Numbered from the whole stretch's first letter, positions 26,274-39,183 are shown. The stretch: DNA of 63,090 nt, filler included, from Octopus bimaculoides (GCF_001194135.2; 5 parts of 5 records of this genome joined end to end with filler, not necessarily neighbours in it), one strand, 5' to 3'. Notes: a model not told the origin generated them from the sequence alone. Numbers and translations: made by a program.

Positions 26274-27002
26274 GTATGAATATTTGTGTGGTGGGGTGTA
26301 AATAAGTGCATGATATAATTAATTTATGTTATCTTTCAAATTCCTCGTCATCTTAGAATACTGTTGAAAATTTTTCTCCAAGCAATATTTACCAACTGTT
26401 CGTTTTTATGTATGATGAATATCTCATCTGATATTAACAATATATGCTCCATTAATTATATTGTTGTTTCTTCCGTTTGTGTTTTTTTGTGAGAATTTTC
26501 TACGAATTTCCCACTGGTTTATTACTGAAATCGTCACTTCAGTAGCATATACCGAACAAGAAATCATTTAATGGTTTTCTTGTCATATTATTCCGTATCT
26601 ATAATATATAAACAAAATATAAAGTAGTATTTACATAACTGAATGTTTCCGATGAGCTAAACATGAAAATACAACAGAGTGCAAGATTGCTTGAAACGAA
26701 GCTTCAACCCCATCGAGAAAGTTTGTGGAGAATAGTTGATTTATCTTTGCACAGGTAACATGTTAGCACTTAACCAAACAGAAATGTCTGATTGTTGCCT
26801 TGTTTCTTTAAGGCTTGGATGATGTTATGCTTGATTATAGTTGAGACATGTATATGTATGTAAGTATGTATGTATGTATATATATATATATATATNNNNN
26901 NNNNNNNNNNNNNNNNNNNNNNNNNNNNNNNNNNNNNNNTTAATTAATTAANNNNNNNNNNNNNNNNNNNNNNNNNNNNNNNNNNNNNNNNNNNNATATA
27001 TA

Positions 27003-27170
27003 TATATATACAACAAGCTTCTGCACAGTTTCCATCCACCAAATTCACTCATATCGGCTCAGATTTATAGCAGAAGAAACTTGCACAACAAGGGTGCTTT
27101 GCAGTGGGACTGAATCTGAAACCACGTGGTTACAAAGCGAACTTCTTTGCCACGCAATCACACACTTGCA
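27003..27170 (-). mobile_element. SINE family C 5' (tRNA-like) module, diverged
   Basis: Matches 43385-43617 (ttcc.tctaccaaattcactca...cagtgggactgaa..c.gaaaccacgtggtt). Confidence 0.65.
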
Positions 27171-27865
27171 CCTGAATAATATTCTATGTGGTGTCCTCGT
27201 ACTTGAGCTTTATGATGATCAGCTGAGGTTTTTTCTGGTGCTGAAGAATGAGTTAGAAACACTTATTCGTTAATGTTACATACGTCACGGAGAAATATAT
27301 AAGATCACAGAGAGAAACATCATGGCTTATGGAAGACTGTATTTGTAGCGACTTTGAAGCTTATAATTACATATTGTTTTTGTGCTTGACAATTTTTCTT
27401 CAGATATATATATATCTATATACATATATATAGGTTGTGTCGATGCTGCTGAAACATGCTAAGTTGTCTTATCGCTATTGTCAGGGTTTTTTTCTTTGTT
27501 TCTTAAACAAAGGACAGAAGTTGCCAGTATGAAGAACAGTATAAAGGCATAAAGTATGGTGTCTTCTGTGCAAGGGTGTCTGCTTACAATTAAAACAAAG
27601 TGGTTCATTCGTGGAGTATAAAATCGATCCTTGGTCTACACCAGAGTTGACAGAATGCGTGTCGGAGAGTTTACAGTACTTAGGTACTTGGATGTAACAG
27701 TTTAACAGAAAACGTCTAATTCAAGTGTTGAACGACGGATAAACAATTTACCTAAGAGGTTCACGGCGAGGCACTTGATGTACCATACAACAATGTTCAC
27801 ACCAAATTTCTTAGTGCTGATAGACAACTGGTGTGAGAAGTAGAAAATCAAATCCCCTATGTATA

Positions 27866-27916
<51 letters not shown>

Positions 27917-28404
27917 GTGTAATCAAAATAAGCAACAAGATATCAAGTTGCTTGTTTTGATTTTATTCACCTTCCTTCGAGATGTGCGGATAATACCGGA
28001 CTGACTTGGTGCTTCAACATAAGTACCTAATTCAACTGTGTGTATATATANNNNNNNNNNNNNNNNNNNNNNNNNNNNNNNNNNNNNNNNNNNNNNNNNN
28101 NNNNNNNNNNNNNNNNNNNNNNNNNNNNNNNNNNNNNNNNNNNNNNNNNNNNNNNNNNNNNNNGGTTGGGGGAGACTTGCAGTTATGAAGTGGCTGTTTT
28201 GTAACTGTTCCCATCACATGAGGTATGAAAAAGAAGTGAGATAGTAATATTTGGAAACATTACAAACGTTGAACTTATTCAAAATGTCTAGACTGTCGCG
28301 GATTTTTCACAAACTTGGTTAGATCTCTGGAGAGGGAGATAGAGAGAGAGAGAGGGAGAGGGAGAGGGAGAGAGAGAGGGGGAGAAGGAGAGAGAGAGGG
28401 AGGA

Positions 28405-28439
<35 letters not shown>

Positions 28440-28974
28440 AAGCTAGTGAAGTGTTTAGCAGTGACAGAAGCTAACACTGGAACACCGTTTGTTAGTAATG
28501 GAAGGAACATCATTAAAGCCGTTCTTTTGATGGTTTGGTGAGATATGAAAAGTTGCCATTGTTATTTAACTTCAGTTCGACTAACATAAGCGTTCAAGTC
28601 TTATTCACAGGCAAAGTGAATCAAGGATTAAAATATACTGTGTATGCCTTCTTTTTAAAATGAGTAGGTACGATTTGAGTGAGATTGTATGCATGAAGAA
28701 GAGAAGGAAGATTTAAGAAATACTTTGTTATGCATGGCTATATGCAGTATAGAGTTGAAAGCAATAATATATAATTATTCTTAATATATACATTATATTA
28801 AGAATATAATGTATCTTAATATATACATTATGACACACGCACGCTCATACACAGACATTCATACACACACATATATCCATAATTACGTACGCACACGCAC
28901 ACGCGCGCACATATATATATATATATATATACTAGCTAAGCTACCCGGTAAAAAAATTGTCGTTAATAAGATGT

Positions 28975-29385
<411 letters not shown>

Positions 29386-30254
29386 CAACAAACCCTGTCA
29401 AGTAAAAGCTGAAATATAGTCTTTGTTAGATTTCTTGTGGTTTGAAGTGTTTCTTCATAAATATTTCTGCTTAAATATAAGGTCAACTCTATTGAAGGAG
29501 ACGAAGAGGTGAAACTACTCAGAACCAGAAACATACCAGCAGCTACCATATTGTAATACTTTGCCAAATATTAAGAAGTTACGATAAATTCTTTGGATAA
29601 TTGTCTGTAGGAAAACAGAAAAGCATTTTTATCTCTTTTTTCATGGCATTTATCATATCTGAAAAGAAGGAAATTAAGAAAATAGATGTTAAGATCAGAA
29701 CTAATTTCAACCACTCGGTATGGAAATAATGTATATACGAGAGAAATGAAATAATAGGCAATCTTGTAAATCTTAATTTGTTGTTTTTCGTTTTCCTCTA
29801 TCGTTATTGGATAGACATTTTATTGCGTTTTAGCAGTTTTGCTGCAGTTATCTATATTTTTTTCCGAATAATAAGGTCAAAAATATAATACTAGAAATAG
29901 GAATTCCTGTACAGACATACACCGAGTTACGTAACCTTGCGCTTATTTCGGGATACGATCGGTAATTCTGCTCTTAAGGAAACTCAGATAAATTTTGAGA
30001 ATTTAAAAATTACACTTTCTTCTTAGCCAAAGGACCAATTATCGGCAAGTAAACAATTTGTAAAATTATAATCCTGATTCGTAATATACATACACACACA
30101 CACACACACACATTTATATATGTTGGTATTGCGTATTTGTGGGTGTGTGTGCGCGCACGCGTAAATCTTTTTGTTTACCTTCGGAGTGTGAGGTGCAATT
30201 TTTCATTGTAAATATTTAAGTGTGTTTGTGTATATTTTCGAGCCGAAAAAGTAA

Positions 30255-30287
<33 letters not shown>

Positions 30288-30309
30288 CATCTATCTATCT
30301 ATCTATCTA

Positions 30310-30370
<61 letters not shown>

Positions 30371-31079
30371 GTATATATNNNNNNNNNNNNNNNNNNNNNN
30401 NNNNNNNNNNNNNNNNNNNNNNNNNNNNNNNNNNNNNNNNNNNNNNNNNNNNNNNNNNNNNNNNNNNNNNNNNNNNNNNNNNNNNNNNNNNNNNNNNNNN
30501 NNNNNNNNNNNNNNNNNNNNNNNNNNNNNNNNNNNNNNNNNNNNNNNNNNNNNNNNNNNNNNNNNNNNNNNNNNNNNNNNNNNNNNNNNNNNNNNNNNNN
30601 NNNNNNNNNNNNNNNNNNNNNNNNNNNNNNNNNNNNNNNNNNNNNNNNNNNNNNNNNNNNNNNNNNNNNNNNNNNNNNNNNNNNNNNNNNNNNNNNNNNN
30701 NNNNNNNNNNNNNNNNNNNNNNNNNNNNNNNNNNNNNNNNNNNNNNNNNNNNNNNNNNNNNNNNNNNNNNNNNNNNNNNNNNNNNNNNNNNNNNNNNNNN
30801 NNNNNNNNNNNNNNNNNNNNNNNNNNNNNNNNNNNNNNNNNNNNNNNNNNNNNNNNNNNNNNNNNNNNNNNNNNNNNNNNNNNNNNNNNNNNNNNNNNNN
30901 NNNNNNNNNNNNNNNNNNNNNNNNNNNNNNNNNNNNNNNNNNNNNNNNNNNNNNNNNNNNNNNNNNNNNNNNNNNNNNNNNNNNNNNNNNNNNNNNNNNN
31001 NNNNNNNNNNNNNNNNNNNNNNNNNNNNNAGAAGGAGGAGAAGAAGAAGGAGGAGAAGAAGTAGGAGGAGAAGAAGAAG

Positions 31080-31400
31080 AATGTTTATGTTAAGTCCATT
31101 CAGAAGTGCTTCAAATTCTTTAAGTCTCTCTATACTTTCGTGCCAAAGAATGAAAAAGTCTTCTAGATATCTTTTTCAGTTATTTTCTACGTATAGGGAG
31201 ATTGGGTTTCCGTATTTTCTAGGAACCCCATGACTAAGTTAGCAAAGAAGGGGCAGTGGCATTCGTGTGCCCATGGCAGTTCCCAATTTTCCGTTGATAG
31301 AAGTTGTCATTACATACGAAGAAGTTATTCTCCAAGATGAATTTTAGCCCTTCTATTACGAATTCTTTGTTGATGCGGTGTGGGAAATGGAGAAAGACAT
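31080..31400 (-). mobile_element. Second Penelope-like RT relic
   Basis: NKEFVIEGLKFILENNFFVCNDNFYQ / GTAMGTRM / FANLVMGFLE / KRYLEDFFILWHESIERLKEFEALLNGLNIN. Truncated at the adjacent repeat and gap. Confidence 0.85.
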
Positions 31401-31499
31401 AGTGCTAGATATAAAAACAATAAGCCATTTGGGGCAAGAAATAAAGCGGGACAACGTGAAATTCTTCGAGGAGGCAAGTCTTATGCGAAATCTGTGATG

Positions 31500-31720
31500 A
31501 ACCCGAGTGACACTGACGACCTGGAGTTACCTCTGATATATACAACCGGTGCTGGTGTGTTTACGTCCCGTAACTTAGATGTCGGTAAAGGAAACCGATA
31601 GAGTAAGTACGAAGCTTCAAATTATAAGTCCTAGGGTCGATTTGTTCGACTAAAACTCTTCAAGGCGGTGCCCAAGCATGGTCGCTTTCTAATGACTGAA
31701 GCAAGTAAAAAGTAAAAGAT
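31500..31720 (+). mobile_element. SINE family C 3' module
   Basis: caaccggtgctggtgtgtttacgtcccgtaacttag...ctagggtcgatttgttcgactaaaactcttcaaggcggtgcccaagcatgg...gactgaagcaagtaaaaagtaaaag. Confidence 0.75.
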
Positions 31721-32084
31721 AAACAAAAGGTATATCGATCTACAACACTACCACTATCTATCAACACCAACACAGCCAGTATCAACACAGAAAGCAATAC
31801 AATCACCACCATTACCATCTCAGCAATTCCTTTATAACCAACAATAACAAAAATAGAACGAACAGGTTAAGCAACTCTATCCGAAAATATCTGGCGGAAC
31901 GCATTTCTATTTTGTATCATGAAAATCAATGGGAAACTCAATTTCGCGTTACGGGATTTCTCATTAGTAGTTTTCAGTGACGCCTTAGGGAAATCCTGTA
32001 TAAATAAATATTTACAAGCGATGGAAATATGGAAATATATTTTAAAAAAGAAAAAGTTAAGTTATTTATAAAGTTGAGGTTAGA

Positions 32085-32475
32085 GCTGTTGTTGTTGTTG
32101 GCACTCCGTCGCTTACGACGTCGAGGGTTCCAGTTGATCTGATCAACGGAACAGCCTGCTCGTGAAATTAACGTGCAAGTGGCTGAGCACTCCACAGACA
32201 CATGTACCCTTAATGTAGTTCTCGGGGATATTCAGCGTGACACTGTGTGACAAGGCTGACCCTTTGAAATACAGATACAACAGAAACAAGAAGAAAGAGT
32301 GAGAGAACGTTGTGGTGAAAGAGTACAGCAGGGTTCGCCACCATCCCCTGCCGGAGCCTCATGGAGCTTTAGGTGTTTTCGCTCAATAAACACTCACAAC
32401 GCCCGGTCTGGGTATCGAAACCGCGATCCTATGACCGTGAGTCCGCTGCCCTAACCACTGGGCCATTGCGCCTCC
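32085..32475 (-). mobile_element. SINE family A (tRNA-derived head, (CAA)n tail), full length, 10-bp TSD TGAGGTTAGA
   Basis: TSD at 32075-32084 and 32476-32485. Homologous over its whole length to the copies at 38101 and 39732, and carries an extra internal accacaacgttc-type segment that they lack. Confidence 0.92.
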
Positions 32476-33287
32476 TGAGGTTAGAATTAGAGCTTATCGA
32501 AATGTAAAAAGTTGACTCTAAATGATGATGCAACACTTTTTCCTTTTCCCCCTCTTCCCCACTTTTTGTCTCTATCCACCTCTCTCTTTCACACACACAC
32601 ACACACACAATTTGTTTCGACACTCACTGACTAAAATCTGATTTATCTAATATCTATACTAAATGATGTTTATTCGTGTTAAGTAAATACTTTGAATATT
32701 GATAACAAAAGAAAAGTAAATAATATTATCGATTATATACAAATGCTAAAAGCTTGCTCTATAAATTTTGCGTCGGTCAATGAACATGAAATTGCTTTCC
32801 CTGTTGTACGTACTTTCATACAATCGTTAGTATTGCGCAGTCAAACGTAGGTATTTAACATCTTTCGATTGCGTAGGGAAACAGAAAACGAAGATTTCTT
32901 TTGGTTTTATTTCTTAATAGTTTTGCGTAGTTTCCAGAGCAACACAAGTACTTTTTTTTTTTTTCGAAAAAAAAAACAAACCCTATAAACACTGCCAATA
33001 TGACCGCGCACACATTGATATATGTGTATGCATGCACATATATGTATGTAAGTATAAATGTGTGCGTGTGCATATTTGTATGTATATCTATATTTTTTAT
33101 GTATGCTTATATATGTAAGTATGACATCCTACTTGCGGGACATACCACACACAGTTATTGCTGAAAAGTAGCTATATATTAATTCTGAAGAATATTCTTT
33201 TATAATGACATATAAATGTAAACTCAGCAAACTTAAAGCTGGTGTCCTATGCAGAACAAAAAAATCTCCTTATTTGCTATTAAAGCC

Positions 33288-34301
33288 TAGTATCTTCTAT
33301 CCAAAAGAAATCGAAATTTTGCAATAGTATTTTTTCACTTAGCTTCTCATGTTTACAATTTTATCCCCTTCAAAGTATTCTCCATCTGAAGCAATACTTC
33401 GGTCCAGACGCATTTCCACTATTCGACGCAGCCCTGGAACTCTTGCGAAAGTGATGCCTTTTGACGTCTCGGTCGTTTCTTTTGTCATCTCTTCCACATC
33501 TGCAAAAACGTTTTCCTTTTAAGGACTTTTTTCATTCGGGGGAAAAAAAAAAAAAAAAAAAATTCGCGGGAGCAAAATTGAATGAAAAGGATGGGTGGGT
33601 AAGCTGGGTCATCTCAGTTTGGGTCAAAAACTGTCTCACACTCAAGGCAGTGTGCACAGGCGCATTGTCGTGTTGAAACCACAGCTCTTCACTTTGCCCC
33701 AGGTCGTGGCGTTTTCCTCTCACCGCGTCTCGCAAACGTTTCAGAACTACCTTGTAAAATATCAGGTTAATATTTTCACCAGGAGGAACAAATTCTGTGT
33801 GGACAATTCCTTTCGCATCGATGAAACAAACCAGCATCGTCTTGACATTGAACTTCATTTGATGCGATTGTTTGGTGCGTGGTGACATTGAATACTTCCT
33901 TCCATTGACTTGATTGCTGCTTCGTTTTCGGGTCGTAGCCGTAGCGTCAGCTTTCGTCTCCAGTGATAACTTTCCAAAAAAGATCCAGATCAACTTCCAA
34001 CTGTTCTTTCAGGTCATGACACGCATTCAGTCGTGACTGCATTTGATCTTCCGTGAGCAAGCGAGGCACAAATTTTGCGGCAACTATTTTCATTCACTAT
34101 TCCTCGCTCAAAATTCATTGGCAGTAACTCCGGGACATACCAGTCATTTCATGTTCATCAGTTGTTCGGCAACGGTCTTCCAAGATCAGTTCACGAATTT
34201 TCATGATGCCGCATCAAGTGACTTCTAGCGGTGGAAGCCTGAACTACATCGGGCTTGTCCCACAGAGAACGTTCCCGGTTACTTTTGGGTACCTCCTCGT
34301 A
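33288..34301 (-). mobile_element. Mariner (Tc1/mariner DD34D-type) transposon, internally deleted and pseudogenised
   Basis: KIRELILEDR...KFVPRLLTEDQ...KVITGDES*RYGYDPKTKQQSSQW / VKTMLVCFIDAKGIVHTEFVPPGENIN..FYKVVLKRLRDAVRGKR..FQHDNAPVHTALSVRQFL..HPSFSFNFAPANF...DGEYFEGD. A mariner-type TIR (TA-CGAGGAGGTACCCAAAAGTAACCGGGAA) sits at 34301-34272; the other TIR (about 33290) is degenerate. Confidence 0.92.
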
Positions 34302-34357
34302 TGTATATATGTATGTATATATGTGTGTATGTATGCATGCATGCATGTATATCATAT

Positions 34358-34791
34358 TCTTTTCTTTTATCTTTTACTCGTTTTCAGTCATCACACTGCG
34401 GCCATGCTGGGGCAATGCTTTGATGAATTTTAGTCGAACGAATCGACCCCAATGCTTGTTTATATATTTTTGAGCCTGGTACTTATTCTATTGGTGTCTT
34501 TTGCCAAACAGCTAACTTATGGGGACGTAAATGCACCAACACCGGTTATCCAGCGATAGTGAGGGGTAAACATAAGAACACACACACACACATATATATA
34601 TATATGATGTGTGAGTGGTGGGGTGTATACGACAGTCTTTCAGTTTCCGTCTACCAAATCCACTCACTTTGGTCAGCCCGAAGCTATAGTAGAATGATAG
34701 AATACATTTTCCCGATGTATCAGTCAGAGAGATTGAATCCAGGACTATGTGGTTGGGAAACAAACTTCTTACCTCACAGCCACGCCTGAGC
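34358..34791 (-). mobile_element. SINE family C, full length (head + microsatellite spacer + tail)
   Basis: Colinear with the copy at 43056-43617. Confidence 0.85.
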
Positions 34792-35104
34792 TTATATATA
34801 TGTGCTAGCTGAGTAGCCCGTGGTCGTCAATTTTCACAATTCACTTTCTTTCAATTATTTAGAACTCATGATCTGGACGGATTTCTGTATTATTTGGGGA
34901 AATTTATAATGTCTTGATAAATGAGACATTATTTTTTTGTATTTCCATTTGGTGCATAGATATAAAGGTTTTTCTTAACTTCTGTTCTTGAACATCCAAC
35001 ATAAAGCTGACCATGAATGAAGTAGGGATCTTCAAGATATAAACCAGCAACCAAAACGGTTTGCCCTTGTGATTTGTTGATGGTCATGGTAAACTAAGAC
35101 TCAC

Positions 35105-35362
35105 TGGAAATTAAAATCATTTGAACTCAAATGGGATATCATCTCCTGAGTTTCTGCATCTAATTGATACATCTTATGCTCGGGTCTCTCCCGAGAACGT
35201 GTGATGGAAGGTCGTGTTTGCATATCATCAATTCTTTTCCATTTCTTTTCGGGTTCTCCTGAACTTGCTGCTGATGATTTGTGAGAGTCTTTCGACTCTG
35301 TCGGCCAAATGAACTTCCTTACACATATGCATACACACAAGCACACCTCTTGAGTGATAATC
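35105..35362 (-). CDS. Candidate internal exon of an unidentified minus-strand gene (258 nt, phase 2-2)
   Basis: Long polypyrimidine acceptor (...cccttactctttctctgtacag|G), consensus donor CA|gtgagt, length divisible by 3, and an open frame IITQEV...PTESKDSHKSSAASSGEPEKKWKRIDDMQTRPSITRSRERPEHKMYQLDAETQEMISHLSSNDFNF. No homology recognised. Confidence 0.4.
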
Positions 35363-37332
35363 CTGTACAGAGAAAGAGTAAGGGTGAGTGTGGTAAAAAT
35401 AGAGAGAGAAGGGAAAGTGCCATGCAGTGGGACAAAATCTTGAACCACGTGTTTGGGAAAAAAAGCTTCTTACCACACCATGCAGCCATGCCTGTGCNNN
35501 NNNNNNNNNNNNNNNNNNNNNNNNNNNNNNNNNNNNNNNNNNNNNNNNNNNNNNNNNNNNNNNNNNNNNNNNNNNNNNNNNNNNNNNNNNNNNNNNNTAT
35601 ATATATATAGATAGATAGACATTTATATATATCTATAATACAATTTGGTTCCGATGAAGAGTATTGATGGCATGATTTTGTACTTTGGGTTAGGAGCTGC
35701 ATGACTTGCACTCTCTGTTTTAAAGTTTGTACATTGATACTTTTAGTAGCATTAGAAGTATTCAACAATAAAGGTTCACCTTAGAGTTCAATACTTCTAC
35801 AGAAAGAAAACAGCACAATTACATGACACCAGTACTTACATTTATGCAAAAATCCAAACTTATGTAACTTTTTTGACTGTTACTAACTAAAGCCCTGAAA
35901 ATATAGTACAGTATTTTTCCGAGAAACCATCTCTTTCATTATAAGAAAAATGCAAAGAATTACTGAAACAGTGAGCACACACACATTTATTAAACTAAGT
36001 GTATTGCTCTTCCTTTTAAACATTTTGGTAAGCTGAATAAATACAATATATAAAATAGCATCATGTCTGTAAATCAAAGGAAAAAAGTATGTTCTCCACC
36101 CAAACAATTATTTTATTTTTGGTCATCATGTGTGGTGCAAAACTGTTTATTTATTCATGTATAATTTTCTTTTTCTCTTAATGCAAATTTGCCTTTAGAA
36201 ATGCTTTGCAGGTTCACATGTATAAATTTTCTGCTGGTATGTGAGAACACACATGGCCTATTGGTTAGATTATTTGGATCGTGTGTTCAATTCCTGAACC
36301 AGGTAGTATGTGGGATTTCATCTCATACTGCTCTTGTCAACTCAGTTGCAATGAATACAAACAGAATGCTGCTTTGATTTTCTCTCTTTCCAGCCATCAC
36401 ATTTTATTCTGCTGGTCCAAGACTGAAGGGTACCCAAAATAATTAGCAAAAGCATGGTATAATACACATTATCAAACCATGCTCATTTGCAAGAGACAGC
36501 TAGTTGTAATCAAATGAATAGTGCTGGTAGGGTTGGATACCTGGCTCAATAAACTGTTAAGTAAAATTGACACATGGTTAGGGTGCCAAGGCAAAGAGGC
36601 ATGACAGATATTTTTCTGGTGCTGGGCTTAATATGATTTTAATGGTGTAGCTATATCTGGGGCTCCACCAAAAGAAGGTTCACAATAACTGAGGAAAAAA
36701 AAAACATAAACGAGCATCACTGTGTGATTATGAAGCTTGCTTTGTAAACAGGTGGTTTTGGGTTCTGTCCCACTGTTCAACACCTTGGGCCAATCAAGAG
36801 TCTTTTATTATAACCCCAGGCCAAACAATGCATTATGAAACCAATAATAGAATAAAAGATGATTTTGTTTTGGTATAAACAATATTTCCTCTGTAGAATT
36901 TCAATTTTAAAAGATTATTCACCAACAGTGAATTTTTCCCTTTTTCACAATTTTGAAAAAATGGATCAAAAAGTGTTACAAGTTTGCACTTCACTTGTTG
37001 CAGTACTTATAAGTAAGTATCATGCTTATATTGTTTATTGTTTATTTAGTGCTAAGGAAATGAAATTAATAATAATAATAATAATAATGATGATAATAAT
37101 AATAATAATAATAATAAAGAAAACCAGATCATACTTAAATAGTTCTTGGGATTGGCCTTGCAAATAGTTTACTACAAAACTGAAATTTAGTTGAGTTATT
37201 TTACACACATTACTTATTGAGCCTTAATGTCTTATCATTTAAATAATAGAAAGCCCAAAGGTATGGACCATTATGGGGTTGTTCCTATTGGACATCACTT
37301 TCCCTTAATTAGGCTTTGGATAATGTTAGCAT

Positions 37333-37432
37333 NNNNNNNNNNNNNNNNNNNNNNNNNNNNNNNNNNNNNNNNNNNNTTAATTAATTAANNNNNNNNNNNN
37401 NNNNNNNNNNNNNNNNNNNNNNNNNNNNNNNN
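37333..37432. other. Artificial 100-bp scaffold linker N44-TTAATTAATTAA-N44 (also at 26896-26995, 55425-55524 and 60715-60814)
   Basis: An identical 12-mer with stops in all six frames is centred in four fixed-length N spacers. This is an assembly artefact; adjacency and orientation across these joins are not sequence-proven. Confidence 0.95.
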
Positions 37433-37527
37433 AGGCACAGTGTACTCTAGCTATGTCACTGGTTATAACTCCTTCTCTGCCACTGCGATCGCTGTCACCA
37501 TTCTCTATGATTGCTCTTCTTTTGCAG

Positions 37528-37728
37528 TTCCAACGCTTACAGGGCAAGAATCAACGAGGCAAGGAACAAATTCAACTAATGAATGTCAATGCTGATGACT
37601 TCATTGACAAATCACTACTTACAAAGACAATCACTCAGGAAATGCCAAGACATTCTTACAAGAAAGATAAGGATGCCCCTAGCAAGAAATCTCGAAACAA
37701 ACATCAAATCACATACCTTGCCTATCAG
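37528..37728 (+). CDS. PRCC: PRCC (proline-rich mitotic checkpoint control factor) penultimate coding exon, phase 0-0, 67 codons
   Basis: Acceptor ttgctcttcttttgcag|TTC and donor CAG|gtaagt. Encodes FQRLQGKNQRGKEQIQLMNVNADDFIDKSLLTKTITQEMPRHSYKKDKDAPSKKSRNKHQITYLAYQ, which matches the conserved PRCC C-terminal region as I recall it from human (FKRLQGKRNRGREEINF...RRKHQITYLIHQ). Confidence 0.93.
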
Positions 37729-38100
37729 GTAAGTTTTTTGTTTCTTTTTTTTATATGTTTGTTATCAACACCACATACTTTATCGGGACTGGAATATTTT
37801 GATAAACCATATTGTATCCATGTATTTGTCAAATTTGTCTTCTCTTAAATACCAGTCCTCTAGAATTCTTGCCCTGCCTGTTTTTCATATCACTATTCAT
37901 TTATAATTTCAAGATCATTAATCACATGGATTTCACTGGTCTCAGGACGGCCTGTGAAAGCTACAAGCATCGCAACCTTCCCTCTAGGCACTTCATTCTT
38001 TTCTGTATTCTCTTCCACTTTTTTCCCATTTTATCCTCTTTTTTCCTTTCCCTCTGTTCATTGTTTTTTTTGCCGTTCTCTTCCCGTATCCCATTACGTA

Positions 38101-38481
38101 TGTTGTTGTTGTTGTTGGCACTCCGTCGCTTACGACGCAAGGGTTCCAGTTGATCCGATCAACGGAACAGCCTGCTCGTGAAATTAACGTGCAAGTGGCT
38201 GAGCACTCCACAGACACGTTTACCTTTAACGTAGTTCTTGGGGATATTCAGCGTGACACAGTGTGACAAGGCTGACCCTTTGAATTACAGGAACAACAGA
38301 AACAGGAAGTAAGAGTGAGAGAAAGAGTACAGCAGGGTTCGCCACCATCCCCTGCCAGAGCCTCGTGGAGCTTTAAGTGTTTTCGCTCAATAAACACTCA
38401 CAACGCCCGGTCTGGGAATCGAAACCGCGATCCTATGACCGCGAGTCCGTTGCCCTAACCACTGGGCCATTGCGCCTCCAC
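38101..38481 (-). mobile_element. SINE family A in the last PRCC intron (antisense), 12-bp TSD TCCCATTACGTA
   Basis: Exact TSD at 38089-38100 and 38482-38493; tRNA-like head and (CAA)n tail. Confidence 0.95.
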
Positions 38482-38857
38482 TCCCATTACGTAATAGCGT
38501 TACTATTAAGAACAACAACTCTTTGCATAGAGTTCCTTCCCTTAAAAATTTTTGAACTATTTCGATTATCGGCCTTACATCAAGATTTATTACTATACAT
38601 ACGTATGTATATATATATATATATGAGTATGTGGTGTGCAAAGTATGTAATTATGTTGATATATGTATTTAGAAAAATAGTATTTTTTCACCATTTCAGT
38701 TATGTTTTTACGATTTCAGTTTTCAATAATTTCTTTCTACGTATTTCATATCGAAAGCTTCGTGTTTTGTATGTAATTTATATCACAAAACTTTGCAAAC
38801 CATTTGTCAATTAAACCGCATCTTTGTAATTATTTATCTATGTTTTTTTTCCCACAG

Positions 38858-38944
38858 GCAAAAGAACGTGAACTCGAGTTGAAAAACCAGTGGTCTCAAA
38901 ACAAAATGACCAAACGACAGACGCAGGCAAAATATGGCTTTTAA
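38858..38944 (+). CDS. PRCC: PRCC terminal coding exon (28 aa + TAA)
   Basis: Acceptor tgtttttttttcccacag|GCA, phase 0, in frame with the previous exon. Encodes AKERELELKNQWSQNKMTKRQTQAKYGF*, nearly identical to the recalled human PRCC C-terminus AKERELELKNTWSENKLSRRQTQAKYGF. Confidence 0.95.
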   Translation, partial: AKERELELKNQWSQNKMTKRQTQAKYGF

Positions 38945-39183
38945 GGAGTTGACTAAAGAATCATAGCTGATGAAATTACGAATATTCATTAAATAAGAAA
39001 TGAACAATTTACATGATTAACATGTGATGCTGTGGATTAACATGACTGACATGTAGATTAATATGTAAAGCTACATGATTTATATTATAGACTTGTTGAG
39101 TAACATGGAGAATTGTGAGTGTGCTTAGCCCTTTTGATATCAAACTGCCAATGATCATCTCTAGTTCTATGTGACTTCCTGTT

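Noticed and set aside
26642-26756. Plus-strand mini-ORF MKIQQSARLLETKLQPHRESLWRIVDLSLHR ending at AG|gtaaca
   Set aside because: No convincing acceptor or promoter context, no recognised homology, and not PRCC-like.
26940-26951. TTAATTAATTAA motif recurring four times, resembling a regularly placed site
   Set aside because: It is always centred in a 100-bp N spacer, so it is an assembly linker with six-frame stops, not biology.
34175-34195. Other CTGATGA...GAAA occurrences (in the mariner at about 34146-34162, and at 19255-19285, 37592 and 38967)
   Set aside because: There is no adequate helix II or III pairing, or the core is broken, so I do not call them ribozymes.
37453-37527. ATG-MSLVITP at the start of ORF 37453 resembling the PRCC N-terminus MSLVAY
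   Set aside because: It lies in the polypyrimidine tract and intron just before a canonical acceptor, and would delete most of the protein. Treated as coincidence.
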